Source: Klebsiella phage vB_KpM_FBKp34. Taken from it: a stretch of 64,000 nucleotides of DNA. Below are positions 1 through 8,831 of this stretch, in pieces (within the stretch, counting starts at the first letter, position 1; each line of letters begins with the position of its first letter). The translations under genes were made by a program, and so were the position numbers. The DNA lies in the sequence record MW394390.1. One strand, 5' to 3'. Under the pieces are notes generated by a model that searched no databases, had not been told where the DNA came from, and worked only from the letters and a program-made list of their open reading frames with translations.

Positions 1-1
1 G

Positions 2-298
2 AATAAGAACGGAACTACCTTTACTTACAAAGGAGAGGATAAACGTTTTCCAAAGGAACTTACCTGGAAAGATGCAGTAATTTTGCATAATACTGGTTTC
101 TTTCTTATTGGTGATAAAGGATTTTACCAAGTTCCTCAAATGCATGTACATTATGTTAAGAGTTATACGTTTGATCTAAAAGAAGCTGTCAACTCTTCTC
201 CTCTGGTTAAGATTTATCTTCAGTGGAACAAAAAGAAGAAACACTGGCAAACATCTACTAATCGTATTAAATTTAACGAGGAGTATTTCAATGGGTGA
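2..298 (+). CDS. hypothetical protein, 5' end lies outside the window
   Basis: The frame of ORF 83..298 stays open back to base 2 with no stop, so the gene begins upstream of the window. Confidence 0.4.
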   Translation, partial: NKNGTTFTYKGEDKRFPKELTWKDAVILHNTGFFLIGDKGFYQVPQMHVHYVKSYTFDLKEAVNSSPLVKIYLQWNKKKKHWQTSTNRIKFNEEYFNG

Positions 299-551
299 AG
301 TTATCAGTTTTGATTTCAAAGAAAAGAAAAAGATTGAAAAATATGTAATTACACCTTGGAAATGTCTTGTTTGCAAAATAGCTTTCCAGTATGATTCTCG
401 CAAAGATAAAGAGAATATGCCAAGGATTATTCTTCGTGAAGGAACTAAGCAACGTTCTGAAGAAGCAATATGCAAGAATTGCTCCCTGGATATAAAAGCA
501 ACTGCTGAAGATTGTAAGTGGAAATATGATGAGGAAGACAGCAATGACTGA
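291..551 (+). CDS. small zinc-ribbon protein (two CxxC pairs)
   Basis: ORF with GAGGAG SD before the ATG; motifs CLVC ... CKNC. Confidence 0.45.
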   Translation: MGEVISFDFKEKKKIEKYVITPWKCLVCKIAFQYDSRKDKENMPRIILREGTKQRSEEAICKNCSLDIKATAEDCKWKYDEEDSND

Positions 552-963
552 TATCACCGAACTGGCGCAGAGCCTGAAAGCGGCAGCAGATAGAGAGATG
601 ATTTGCCGAGATGGCGCCGAAACTTCTGAAATCTGGGAAAGAACTGTAACGCCGGAAAACATCCTCGCGCTGGTAGAGGCGCTGGAGAAGGCACAGGCGG
701 ACCACCGACTACACGCAGCGCGGTTAATCAGCGAAAAAGCTTTGTTGAATGAGCGCATCGCCGAGCTGGAGTCCCGCACCGTGACGCTGCCGAAACCTAA
801 AGATTCTGACCCGGGTTGGAAAATTGATCCAGAATTTATCAGCAAAGTTCAGAACGCAATAGGGTACGATGACCAATGCGAATGTTGGGAGGGTACACCT
901 TCCATGGAGGTAGTAGAGGCCGTTTTGCTGGCCGCCGCTGGCATCAAGGTGGAGGCTGAATGA
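544..963 (+). CDS. hypothetical protein, GC-rich acquired-looking gene
   Basis: Start ATG 544 (MTDITELAQ...) follows a GAGGAAG SD. The ORF is markedly GC-richer than the surrounding phage DNA. ATGA overlap with the upstream gene. Confidence 0.5.
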   Translation: MTDITELAQSLKAAADREMICRDGAETSEIWERTVTPENILALVEALEKAQADHRLHAARLISEKALLNERIAELESRTVTLPKPKDSDPGWKIDPEFISKVQNAIGYDDQCECWEGTPSMEVVEAVLLAAAGIKVEAE

Positions 964-1139
964 TGGCAGAGCTTTGGAAAACATATCTCACTATCGCATT
1001 CATCGGCTTGGGAGCTACGCCGATAAGCATGGTAGCGGCAAAGATTGACGTACCTGTTTGGGCGCTTATTGCCGGGCACTGCGGCGCGATTATAGCAGGA
1101 TTTATTTGTGCAGAACTTGGAAAGGGGGACAACCAATGA
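960..1139 (+). CDS. small two-helix membrane protein (59 aa), not in the ORF track
   Basis: MMAELWKTYLTIAFIGLGATPISMVAAKIDVPVWALIAGHCGAIIAGFICAELGKGDNQ. GGAGG SD 4 nt upstream. TGATG and ATGA overlaps with both flanking genes. GC-rich. Confidence 0.4.
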   Translation: MMAELWKTYLTIAFIGLGATPISMVAAKIDVPVWALIAGHCGAIIAGFICAELGKGDNQ

Positions 1140-1552
1140 CCAAATCAACCATAACCAGAGATGAGCTTAACGAAGTGATTTCCACATACGGAAAGCATCA
1201 CATTGCTCATCGAATGGCTAATGCATTGTTGGCCGCAATGGACAGCGAGCCGGATTGTAATGAGCGACAGCTTTTCTGTTCAACCGATACAGCTAGGATG
1301 AGGAAGGCAATCTCTGTCTCTGCTGGGACCAAGGTTGCACCGATTTATCACCATACTAAGCCAGCACCGGTAGTGCCGGATAACAGAGCTATTACTGTGG
1401 TGTTAAAATATACATCAGAGCCAAACGCCTTTGCTCCATGGGTAGCAAAAGCTTTTTATCAGTTTCATAAAGATACAGTAGATTCTTGTGTAAAAGCTTT
1501 CTCTGAAGCGTGTAATGAATCTAATATAAAACTTGAGATCATTTATAAATGA
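1136..1552 (+). CDS. hypothetical protein
   Basis: Likely start MTKSTITRDE at 1136 after a GGGGGA SD. The N-terminal half is GC-rich and the C-terminal half AT-rich. Confidence 0.45.
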   Translation: MTKSTITRDELNEVISTYGKHHIAHRMANALLAAMDSEPDCNERQLFCSTDTARMRKAISVSAGTKVAPIYHHTKPAPVVPDNRAITVVLKYTSEPNAFAPWVAKAFYQFHKDTVDSCVKAFSEACNESNIKLEIIYK

Positions 1553-2055
1553 ATAACTTATCAAATACAGAATTATCAAATATTAAATGGTATGCAGGAG
1601 AGGCCATGTGCCATTCTGATCCTAATTATCAACAAGAATTCTATAACCTAGTCTACCCTGGGAATGTGTTGAGTTTAGTTACTGAATTACAGCAACTTAG
1701 GGAAGATAATAAAACACTAGAAGAAACAGTTGAGGAGTTGAAAAATATTTGTGCTGAATCTTATCAAGTAGTCGGTTATCTTGCATATAGATCGGGAGTG
1801 TTTGATGAACTTCGTGTTATAAAAGCCTTAGATAATCTATCCTCTCAAGAGATGCTACATAAAGATATTTTACCTTTTTCTTTAGATGAAGATATTATGG
1901 TAAATTTTGAACAACATAAATTACGTGAGTTAGTAGATCTTGTTTGGAATACTGCTACTGAAAGTACTGAAGTGCCAAGCACAAAATGGGCTGATGAATT
2001 AATTACTAAAGTTTTTGGAGTTTATAAAAATGACAACTACTCCCCTGTTAGCTAG
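1549..2055 (+). CDS. hypothetical protein
   Basis: ORF with ATGA coupling to the previous gene. Confidence 0.45.
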   Translation: MNNLSNTELSNIKWYAGEAMCHSDPNYQQEFYNLVYPGNVLSLVTELQQLREDNKTLEETVEELKNICAESYQVVGYLAYRSGVFDELRVIKALDNLSSQEMLHKDILPFSLDEDIMVNFEQHKLRELVDLVWNTATESTEVPSTKWADELITKVFGVYKNDNYSPVS

Positions 2056-2677
2056 TCGGTTAAAAGGCTACAATAAAAATATTTTTGTTGTTCCTAACGC
2101 TTTACCTTTTGATGAAAGCCAGTTTACAATTAGTAGAGATAAAGACTTCAAAAGTCCTATTGTATGGGTTGGCGGTGCATCTCATTATCCAGATTTAAAA
2201 GAAATTAAAGGTTGTTCTTTTATCAAGCCGCCGACGCTTTGTGGCTATGAACCTAAACCAGGACTTACACATGAGGAGTGGTTAAAGATCAGGGATGATC
2301 ATCCGACAGCCACATATGAAAAAGGATTACAAGAGTCTAATTATATGGACTTGTACGATGGTCATAAAGTTAGCATTGCGCCTTTATTAAATTCTGACTT
2401 TAATGCTTGCAAATCTAACTTAAAAGTGTTAGAATCTGGAGCTAAAGGATTACCTATCGTCTGCTCTAAAGTAGAACCCTACTACAATTCTATTGATTCC
2501 AAATATGTTTTATATGCAGAAACAAAACATGAATGGGAAACACATGTAAATAATCTTATAAAATATGAAGCATACAATGAAGATGTAGGTAAAGCTTTGT
2601 CTGAACATGTAAGATTACAGTATAATTTAAAAGATATTAATATCTTAAGAAAACATATTATTGAATCATTTAATTAA
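2030..2677 (+). CDS. hypothetical protein, possibly a glycosyltransferase-like C-terminal domain
   Basis: ATG 2030 (MTTTPLL) with GGAG 9 nt upstream. The ORF-track start at 2015 is TTG. ESGAKGLPIV resembles the GT-B donor-binding motif only weakly. Confidence 0.35.
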   Translation: MTTTPLLASRLKGYNKNIFVVPNALPFDESQFTISRDKDFKSPIVWVGGASHYPDLKEIKGCSFIKPPTLCGYEPKPGLTHEEWLKIRDDHPTATYEKGLQESNYMDLYDGHKVSIAPLLNSDFNACKSNLKVLESGAKGLPIVCSKVEPYYNSIDSKYVLYAETKHEWETHVNNLIKYEAYNEDVGKALSEHVRLQYNLKDINILRKHIIESFN

Positions 2678-2713
2678 CATTGTCCATCCTTTGGGCATTT
2701 TACGGAAGGTGTT

Positions 2714-2965
2714 ATGAAAAATATTATCTCTTTGTGCGTCCCGTACAATACATCTACTTCACAGACATTTTATGTAGATGTTGAAATTGATTATCAACTC
2801 CCAGATTTAAATCAAAATGATTCTGACTGGGATTATTATGGATGTTTTGATATTGTAGACTATTCCTCTGATTATCCTGATGAAATAAATCTGAATAAAC
2901 TTAAGCAAATTTGTCGTGAATATATTCGTGAACTTGTTATCTCCCAAACATTATATTTAGAGTAG
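2714..2965 (+). CDS. hypothetical acidic protein
   Basis: ORF with an SD. Confidence 0.4.
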   Translation: MKNIISLCVPYNTSTSQTFYVDVEIDYQLPDLNQNDSDWDYYGCFDIVDYSSDYPDEINLNKLKQICREYIRELVISQTLYLE

Positions 2966-2972
2966 GAGGCTC

Positions 2973-3671
2973 ATGAGTTTTATTAAGAAGTTATTTGATG
3001 TTGGAGTAAAAGATGTAGATTATCCCTTATATAAATGGCACTATGAGGGAAGTAAACAAATAATCGACTGGTGTTGTCCATACTACCTCTTATGGAAGGA
3101 ATTACTAAGGAGATGTTATTCCACTAAAGAGCATATTAGATACCCTACGTATGTAGAATGCGAAGTAAGCCCTATATGGTATAGTCTAAATAATTTCACA
3201 ACATGGGTTAAAGATCAAAAACAACATGACCTTTGGTTAAGTGAAAAAGGTAAATCACGCAAAGATAAGAAAATAAACTTTCATCTTGATAAAGATATTT
3301 TAAGTATAGGGAGCAAAATATATAGCCCAGAAACTTGCGTTTTCATTCCTAATTATTTGAATAGTCTTTTGTTAATACAAAAATCTCAAAGAAATGCATT
3401 TAGCTTAGGTGTTGGCTGGGATAAAAAGTTAAATAAATTTCGAGCGTATATTTCTATAGGAAGTACCTATAAATATTTAGGCCACTTTGACAAAGAAGTG
3501 GACGCCCATAAAGCTTGGCAAAAAGCTAAAGCACAAAATATCTTGAATGTAAAAAGTAATTATCAAAAAGAGGACTATTCAGACTTAAGAGTAGTTTTAA
3601 AATTACAAGAGATAGCAGAAAGACTGTTAACGGACTATTCCCTTGATATAGAAACTAAAACCTTAATATAA
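2973..3671 (+). CDS. homing-endonuclease-like protein with a C-terminal AP2-type DNA-binding domain
   Basis: GVGWDKKLNKFRAYISIGSTYKYLGHFDKEVDAHKAWQKA is an AP2 domain signature. The N-terminal CPYY...LRRCYS...LDKDIL...TCVFIP block is shared with the paralog at 52484..53119. Confidence 0.55.
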   Translation: MSFIKKLFDVGVKDVDYPLYKWHYEGSKQIIDWCCPYYLLWKELLRRCYSTKEHIRYPTYVECEVSPIWYSLNNFTTWVKDQKQHDLWLSEKGKSRKDKKINFHLDKDILSIGSKIYSPETCVFIPNYLNSLLLIQKSQRNAFSLGVGWDKKLNKFRAYISIGSTYKYLGHFDKEVDAHKAWQKAKAQNILNVKSNYQKEDYSDLRVVLKLQEIAERLLTDYSLDIETKTLI

Positions 3672-3684
3672 TTTGTGAGGCAGA

Positions 3685-5484
3685 GTGGACTATAAACATA
3701 TAAAATGGTATGGTACTGAGGTTGATCTAACAAAACAAGGTCATACAGGATGCCCTAGATGTATTTCAAAAGGCAGGGACAAAAATAAAGATAATTTAAT
3801 GGTATATGGGGAAAACTCTGAGGGCTATCATACAGGAGCTTTTTGTTTCTCTTGTCAGTTAAGTATACCAGATGAAATTTATATGATGGAAAATGATGAA
3901 GATTATGAAGAGGAGGATATATTGGGTAGTGAGTTTAACTCAGAAATTCATGAAAAACTTAAAGAAACCACTGGCCTTAAATCCAATGGTTATAGAGGGA
4001 TTAGAGATGAAATCTCAAAATTCTTCGGTGTAAGATACAAATATGATGAAACAGATGGTAAAACAGTAAAAGCTGTACTTTATCCTACAACTACTTCTTA
4101 TGAGATATCTGGTTATAAACAAAGAACACACCCCAAAAATTTCAAGTCGCCCGGACCAATCGGTGAAACTGGAAAAGAGTGTGACTTATTTGGGCAGTTT
4201 CGCTTTAAAACCTTCAGTAACACTTTGTTAATAGTTGGAGGGGAACATGATCAGTTAGCTGCATATCAAATGCTGGTTGATGCTCAGAAAAATAAGAATT
4301 ATGATCCAATTGCGGTAGTTAGTGGCACAACTGGTGAATCTTCTGTTTACAAACAGCTTCAAAACAATTATGATTTCATTAATCAGTTTAAGAAGATTGT
4401 CATCTGTATGGATGCAGATAAAGCAGGTGCTGAAGCCACTGAACGAATTCATGAAGTTTTACCGAAAGGTAAAGTCTTTGTGATGAAGATGCGTTATAAA
4501 GATCCTAATGAATACATTTATAATAAAGAAACAGGGAAATTAGTCCACAAAGAACAAGAGTTCGTCAATGATTTCTGGGCTGCTAAACCTTATACTCCAC
4601 ATGGTGTAAAAAGTGCAGCAGACGGCTTGGATGAGATTGAAGAAGAGCTAAGAAAGCCACGCATTACCCTTCCTGAATACATGCATGAAATGCAAGTAAT
4701 GATGGGTGGTGGTATGATTCAGGGTAGGATTGCAAACATTATTGCAGACACTTCTAGTGGTAAATCCACTCATGTTAACCGTATGGTTTACCATTGGATT
4801 TTCAACAGTCCGGTTACTCCAACTATTGTTAGTCTTGAAGCAACTGCTGCACAGTATATGTTGGAAATGTTATCGATTCATTTAGAAGTAAACTTACTCT
4901 GGAAAATGGCTCCAGAAGAAATTATCACGTGGTTGAAGACAGAAGAAGGACAAAGGGTTTATAGGGAGTTAGCTTATAAAGAAGATGGTCAACCACGTTT
5001 CTACATTCTTGATGAACGGGCTGGTAGTATTAAAGATTTGGAAGCAGAGTTAGAAATGCTTTATAGAAAACATGACAGCAAGCTTTTTGTCATTGATGTT
5101 CTTTCAGATTTACTTCGTGGTTCTAGTGAAGAACATGCAGAAGACCATATGAACTTTCAAAGAAATATGGCTAAGAATGGTGTTACCATTGTTAATGTTC
5201 TACACACTCGTAAACCACCACAAAACTCTGAAGGTAAGCCAAGAAAAGTCACTGAGTATGATGCATTGGGTACTGGGAGTTTTGTGCAATCAGCAGCATA
5301 TAATATCGTATTAAATAGAGATAAACTTTCAGAGGATTCTATTGAGAAAAATACCACTGAAGTAGATTTACCAAAATGCCGTGGTGGTAAGACAGGGGCT
5401 GCGGGTAAATGGTATTATGAATTTGACAAAAGCAAATGTCATGATCTAAATGACTACTTCTCGGATAAACCAGCACGGAGTTAA
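3685..5484 (+). CDS. DNA primase-helicase (zinc ribbon, Toprim and DnaB-like ATPase)
   Basis: GTG start behind a GAGG SD. CPRC...CFSC zinc ribbon. Toprim motifs (VGGEHDQ, CMDADKAG). Walker A ADTSSGKST. Confidence 0.8.
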   Translation: MDYKHIKWYGTEVDLTKQGHTGCPRCISKGRDKNKDNLMVYGENSEGYHTGAFCFSCQLSIPDEIYMMENDEDYEEEDILGSEFNSEIHEKLKETTGLKSNGYRGIRDEISKFFGVRYKYDETDGKTVKAVLYPTTTSYEISGYKQRTHPKNFKSPGPIGETGKECDLFGQFRFKTFSNTLLIVGGEHDQLAAYQMLVDAQKNKNYDPIAVVSGTTGESSVYKQLQNNYDFINQFKKIVICMDADKAGAEATERIHEVLPKGKVFVMKMRYKDPNEYIYNKETGKLVHKEQEFVNDFWAAKPYTPHGVKSAADGLDEIEEELRKPRITLPEYMHEMQVMMGGGMIQGRIANIIADTSSGKSTHVNRMVYHWIFNSPVTPTIVSLEATAAQYMLEMLSIHLEVNLLWKMAPEEIITWLKTEEGQRVYRELAYKEDGQPRFYILDERAGSIKDLEAELEMLYRKHDSKLFVIDVLSDLLRGSSEEHAEDHMNFQRNMAKNGVTIVNVLHTRKPPQNSEGKPRKVTEYDALGTGSFVQSAAYNIVLNRDKLSEDSIEKNTTEVDLPKCRGGKTGAAGKWYYEFDKSKCHDLNDYFSDKPARS

Positions 5485-5500
5485 TTTTTAAGAGGGGAAG

Positions 5501-7717
5501 ATGAAGAAAATAGTTAACTGGAGAAAAGGTACAGTTGTAGATATTGAAACAGATGGACTTTTAGATGAATTAACAAAATGTCACGTAATGAGTTTTCAAA
5601 TGTGTGGCAAAGATAAACCTTCATCAATTGAAGGTAGTAATCTAAAAAGAATTAAGACAATGCTCCAATGGCATATCGACAATGAGATCCCAATTGTGGG
5701 CCATAACTTTATTCTGTTTGACTCCCCTGCCTTAGAAAAAATTACAGGTATGGATTTGTCTGAACTGAAGATAATTGATACTATGGCTTTAAGTTGGTAT
5801 CTTAATACCTTTAGGAAACAACATGGTCTTGACTCTTTTCATGAGGATTATGGAATCAAAAAACCAGAGATAACTGACTGGGAAAACTTAACTTACGAAG
5901 AGTATAGACATCGTTGTGAAGAAGATGTTAAGATTAACCAAGCACTATGGGATGATTTTAAAAATCGATTAACTGTGATGTATACCCTTTCAAAAGAACA
6001 AATTGATCTAGGGAATGTTGGAGGTACAAGGATGTCTCCAGATGAAGAGATCTACATTGACAGTTTAAAAGGTTTAAGCGTAGATGATCACATAGAAAGA
6101 TTTTTAACGTTCATGATGTTTAAAATGGATACATACCGTATTCAAGAGAAGGAAGGCATTCTTCTTGATAAAGTGCATATTGAAAAGAAAGAGGAAGAGT
6201 ACGCAGTTAAGGTGCAAGAATTAAAAACAGCTTTGGAATCTGTCATGCCAAAGATCGCAAAATACTCTAAGAAGAAAAAACCTGCAAAAGCCTTTAAACA
6301 AAATGGAGAATTAAGTGCTTCTGGATTAGCTTGGGAAGAGATAAAAACTCAGTACCTTGAGAAAACCACTGATGAATATGGAACAAGATTGGTTCTCTTA
6401 GGAAAAGATGAACCTACGATACTTGTTAATGGTGAAGAGAGATGCCGTCAGGTTGATGAAATAGAAGAGTTTCAAGTTTTTAAAGAGTATGAGAAACCTA
6501 ATGCCAACTCACCAGACCAAATTAAAGCTTTCCTATATGCACACGGATGGATACCAGAGACATTTAAGGAAGTAAAAGATAAGGAAGCAGAACAAGCTTG
6601 GCAGAATGAAATGAAAGCTTGGAAAGCTATCAAAGGAAGAAAGCCTAAGAAACCAGAACGCCCAGTAGCAAGACAAGTCCCTCAAGTTACAGTGCCTGGA
6701 GAAGATGGCAAAGAACTTTGTAGAAGTGTTGAACGTTTGGCTGAAGAAGTACCTGAAATCAAACTCTATTCAAACCTGAACCTTTTCAAACACCGTCATG
6801 GTGTGTTTAAAGGCTTCTTGAGAGATATGGATGAAAATGGAAGAATTAAAGCTTCTATTGGTGGTATGACAAATACCTTACGTGTTAAGCACAGAAATAT
6901 TGTGAATTTAGTTGGTGTTGATAAAATAGGTGGAGAAGATATTCGTGGATCATTAATTGCAGACCCTGGTATGGTGTTCTGTGGTAGCGATTTGAGTAGC
7001 CTTGAAGATCGAACCAAGCATCACTTCATGCTTCCACTTGATCCTGAATATGTAAACACAATGATGGCGGACGACTTTGACCCTCATCTTCTTATGGCTG
7101 TTACTGCACATTTCATCACAGAGCAAGAGATGCAGGACTACAAAGCAGGGATTAAACTACCTCATGTTGTCAAAGGTCGTAAGTTAGGTAAATCAACAAA
7201 CTACTCCGCAGTATATGGTGCAGGTGCCCCTAAGATTGCTTTAACAGCAGGTGTTGATGACGAGACAGGTCGATTGTTGCACACTTCCTACTGGAAACTG
7301 AACTGGAGTGTTCAGGCTATTGCAGAGGAACAAGTAATTATTGAACTCAGCCAAGATAATGATGAATATTCTGGTTGGCATAAGATGTGGCTCATTAACC
7401 CCATTAATGGATTCTTGTATAGTCTCCGTGCTAAGAAAGATGTATTCAGTACATTGTGTCAAGGTTCTGGTTCATTCTTCTTTGATATGTGGTTGAAAAA
7501 TGTATTACGTCGTCAGAAAGAGACTTTTGGTGTTCAAAAAGTTCAATTACAGATGCATGATGAATTAGCATTCTGCTTTAAGGATACTGAAAAACTTCGT
7601 GAGAAATTCTATCATATCGTTAAAGAAGCTATTTATGATGTTAATAAAGAATTTAAATTACGTAGGCCATTAGATAATGATATTCAATTTGGGTATGCTT
7701 ATTCAGATATACACTAA
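5501..7717 (+). CDS. family A DNA polymerase with 3'-5' exonuclease domain
   Basis: Exo I motif VVDIETDGL. Pol A motif B KLGKSTNYSAVYGAG. Motif C QMHDELAF. Confidence 0.85.
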   Translation: MKKIVNWRKGTVVDIETDGLLDELTKCHVMSFQMCGKDKPSSIEGSNLKRIKTMLQWHIDNEIPIVGHNFILFDSPALEKITGMDLSELKIIDTMALSWYLNTFRKQHGLDSFHEDYGIKKPEITDWENLTYEEYRHRCEEDVKINQALWDDFKNRLTVMYTLSKEQIDLGNVGGTRMSPDEEIYIDSLKGLSVDDHIERFLTFMMFKMDTYRIQEKEGILLDKVHIEKKEEEYAVKVQELKTALESVMPKIAKYSKKKKPAKAFKQNGELSASGLAWEEIKTQYLEKTTDEYGTRLVLLGKDEPTILVNGEERCRQVDEIEEFQVFKEYEKPNANSPDQIKAFLYAHGWIPETFKEVKDKEAEQAWQNEMKAWKAIKGRKPKKPERPVARQVPQVTVPGEDGKELCRSVERLAEEVPEIKLYSNLNLFKHRHGVFKGFLRDMDENGRIKASIGGMTNTLRVKHRNIVNLVGVDKIGGEDIRGSLIADPGMVFCGSDLSSLEDRTKHHFMLPLDPEYVNTMMADDFDPHLLMAVTAHFITEQEMQDYKAGIKLPHVVKGRKLGKSTNYSAVYGAGAPKIALTAGVDDETGRLLHTSYWKLNWSVQAIAEEQVIIELSQDNDEYSGWHKMWLINPINGFLYSLRAKKDVFSTLCQGSGSFFFDMWLKNVLRRQKETFGVQKVQLQMHDELAFCFKDTEKLREKFYHIVKEAIYDVNKEFKLRRPLDNDIQFGYAYSDIH

Positions 7718-7724
7718 TTATTTA

Positions 7725-7754
7725 TTGACTTACTTCATAGAAATGTTGTAATAT
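7725..7754 (+). promoter_or_regulatory. sigma70-like promoter for the SSB gene
   Basis: TTGACT, an 18-nt spacer, then TAATAT, followed by a GAGGAG SD and ATG 7810. Confidence 0.5.
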
Positions 7755-7809
7755 AACCAAGCCAGTTAATCTGGCTATTTCCTAAAACTAAAAGAGGAGA
7801 CTCAAATTT

Positions 7810-8670
7810 ATGTCTATTATTACTACTGTAGTTAACCCTGTAGATGATTCTGAAGTAACCCTGGCTACTGGCCTTGTAAAACGTATTCTGTTTAAAGATG
7901 CAAGTGCAGCACAGAAGAAATATGACACTACTCACAATGCCTCTATTATCCTAGCTGCTCAAGGTGAAGATGATGTTTTCGTAAACCTCTCTCTTAAAAT
8001 TAAAGATGGGCAAGAGCCTCAGATTCGTTATGCTGAAGGTAAGAAAGGTAGTGAAACTTGGCACACTCTTAATGCTGGAGATGAAGTTAAAATCCAGATG
8101 AAAGACGTCAATAAAGTAGGTGATAAAACTTATTATCAGACTTCTGTTTCTCGTATTAAAGTTACTAAGCGTAATGAGAATGCAGGTAGTCAAAATGAGG
8201 CACCTAAATCAAGCGTAGGGCAGAGTTCTTATAAGAAACGTGATATGACAGGGATGGAGACTGGACACGCTCTGAATGGTGCTCTGGAGCTTGTACGTGG
8301 TGGTTCTGTTGTGCATGATGAAGTAGAACTAGCTAAACTGGTTCATCAGATTACTGTAGATCTGAAAGCAGAAGTTGCAAAAGAGAAAGGAGTAGATGTT
8401 TCTGATTATGACATCGGTGCTTCTGTAGGTCATGCTGTTCTGAATGCTTGTCGTAATTTCCAAGGTGGTCAGATTGACAAAGATGAACTGATTGCAGAAG
8501 CTAAACGTATTCTGGCTATCGCAGAAGAAGTAACTAAATTTATTAAAGGTGAAGTTAAAGAAGAAACTAAAGTTGTAAAACCAAAAGTAAAGAAAGAAGT
8601 TAAAAAGGAAGACCCGGCAGAACAACTTGCTGAACCGCCAATGGACTTCGACGACGACATTCCGTTCTGA
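7810..8670 (+). CDS. ssb: single-stranded DNA-binding protein
   Basis: C-terminus PPMDFDDDIPF is identical in character to the E. coli SSB acidic tail. Sits just downstream of the polymerase behind a strong promoter and SD. Confidence 0.7.
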   Translation: MSIITTVVNPVDDSEVTLATGLVKRILFKDASAAQKKYDTTHNASIILAAQGEDDVFVNLSLKIKDGQEPQIRYAEGKKGSETWHTLNAGDEVKIQMKDVNKVGDKTYYQTSVSRIKVTKRNENAGSQNEAPKSSVGQSSYKKRDMTGMETGHALNGALELVRGGSVVHDEVELAKLVHQITVDLKAEVAKEKGVDVSDYDIGASVGHAVLNACRNFQGGQIDKDELIAEAKRILAIAEEVTKFIKGEVKEETKVVKPKVKKEVKKEDPAEQLAEPPMDFDDDIPF

Positions 8671-8800
8671 TGAAAATTCTTTAGTATAGGGTATAAAAAT
8701 GACTATTGAAGACCAAAGTGGAAAAGGATTAGCAGCAGAGAACGGCGGCGGTTTCGAATGTAGAGTTTCGCTATAGATGTATTCATAAATAATTAAAGTA

Positions 8801-8828
8801 ATAAAAAGGGCCTTTCGGCCCTTTTTCC
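8801..8828. terminator. bidirectional intrinsic terminator between convergent genes
   Basis: AAAAA GGGCC tttc GGCCC TTTTT, a hairpin flanked by A- and T-runs. Confidence 0.6.
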
Positions 8829-8831
8829 TTA

